A stretch of 62,466 nucleotides of DNA, filler included, from Rhabdomonas costata (lineage: Eukaryota), in NCBI GenBank assembly GCA_019059605.1. It is 38 parts of 38 records of this genome, joined end to end, with 100 filler letters (N's around TTAATTAATTAA, not from the genome) between each part and the next. Parts side by side here need not be neighbours in the genome. Positions count along the whole stretch, not along the records: positions 60,920 to 62,466 come from JAHMHO010013354.1; 37 more parts are not named here. One strand, 5' to 3'. Shown one piece after another: positions 61,261 through 62,466 of this stretch. Made by a program: the position numbers and the translations under genes. Below the pieces are notes generated by a model, which saw only the letters and a list, made by a program, of their open reading frames with translations, was not told where the DNA came from and did no database searches. Positions within the stretch are counted from its first letter, which is position 1, and each line of letters starts with the position of its first letter.

Positions 61261-62466
61261 TCTATCTTTCCACCTCCGAATCTTGGAACCCGCCGGGGTT
61301 ATACGTACGCCTTTTATGGCCCGGATGGCAATGAATCGACTAAAAACAGACGCATCCTACAGCGCCTCAGATAACGGCCCGTTTTACAAATAGAGCCCCG
61401 CGTTGCCGACTTTCTAAAAAATCGTTGGAGCGGATGATACCCCGAAGCTGTTTCACACGCAAGCCATACCACGGAAGTTTGCGCAAACGGTGTTTATGAC
61501 GGAAAACGATCAAAGAGTTCGTGCCTAAGACTGAAGACGGCGTGCCAAAACCAGGGGGGAAGTGTTAGCCACTTGAATATTCTTTTAGCCGGTTATTCTA
61601 GCATCGACCACAGTCTTTTGAAAAACACCTGCTGCTGATCACTTTTCTCATTAGAAACGCCAAAAACTCCGAACGAGTCCTACGACAGCTTACCAAGAAG
61701 CGGCGACAGTGGAAATATTACGTATGGTAATCGGATTCCCCACTGGTTGCTAAGTTTTGAGCGCCACTCAACATCAACAATTTATGTAACAGCAGCTGGA
61801 AATCTGTGTGTTGTTGGTATTTTCCATCGTCCGACTCACACCGACGGTGAAATTGGTGCCCTAGGACTCCACGCCCACCAACCCACCAACCCACCAACCC
61901 ACCAACCAACCCACCAACATACAACACACCACAAATTTCATCCACAACACACCGAACCAACACCGTCCAATCCACAAACCCCACCCCCAATACCATAACC
62001 ACACGTCTCTGGTTATGTTTTGAACTTATAAATGAACTAATCTTCACGCATTTCCATGTACATAGTCCCATCCATCCCATATCCGATCCGATCCTTATTC
62101 TATACTCAAACATCAACTTAAGTGGGTAAATATTAGACTTCTCCACGTGTCGGGAGATATGGGACGTCTCAGCCCAAAAACAACTCTCAGAAGGCACATG
62201 GTGTGTACCCTGTGTCTGTTGCTCAACCTCATGCTGATATTGCTAAATCCTACGCAACTCAAACTGGTCAATTCTTCAAAGAGCACTTGGGGACGTTTTA
62301 GCGTCGTAACGATATACTCGTTTTTACGTAGTAGCCACGTTCTCTGGTAACTCCATTGCCATGTTGATAACAAGTGGAGACTTCGAACCCAGCCCACAAG
62401 GTCAACTCTTTAGAGTCATCTATAGCAAGGGGGCCACCAGGACACGAAGATGAGCCACACACAAAC

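Noticed and set aside
61531-61575. CTGAAGA-CGGCGTGCC-AAAAC resembling a Penelope-type minimal hammerhead
   Set aside because: The essential GAAA reads AAAA, and stem I cannot form adjacent to the core.
62375-62440. Minus-strand GGTTCGAA B-box suggesting a tRNA or SINE
   Set aside because: No cloverleaf, acceptor stem or clear A-box.

Overview
This window is not one locus. It is an artificial concatenation of 38 unrelated contigs of about 1.55 kb each, joined by a 100-nt linker (N44-TTAATTAATTAA-N44, with stops in all six frames). Nothing can be inferred across linkers, and ORF-track entries that run into N are truncated or artefactual. The DNA is from an intron-dense eukaryote with short GC-rich exons, very degenerate GT/GC-AG splice sites and many microsatellites. 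The gene content (class III nucleotide cyclases with HAMP, a PstS-type sensor domain, a receiver domain, a type I PKS) suggests a protist, plausibly a euglenid; this is an inference. Spliced gene fragments reconstructed by eye include eIF4G (MIF4G), NOT1, an MTRR-like flavodoxin module, a USP53/54-like tail, an LRR protein, an NDK-family protein, a group II PLP decarboxylase, a thioredoxin-like [2Fe-2S] ferredoxin, a METTL21-type methyltransferase, a disintegrin-like Cys-rich protein, a protein with YHS/TRASH-like metal-binding repeats, two RIIa/Dpy-30-like proteins, an intronless PKS AT-DH segment and decayed Ty3/gypsy remnants. The most notable observations are: (1) contig 21425-22970 closes on itself through an exact 127-bp terminal repeat, and the 1419-bp unit splices into a frame-preserving 217-aa linker+flavodoxin module; (2) several GC-AG introns and introns with complementary ends; (3) a small gene apparently nested antisense in another gene's intron; (4) strongly polarised contig ends. 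No rRNA, credible tRNA or CRISPR array was found, and no complete novel multi-gene system can be supported from such fragments.
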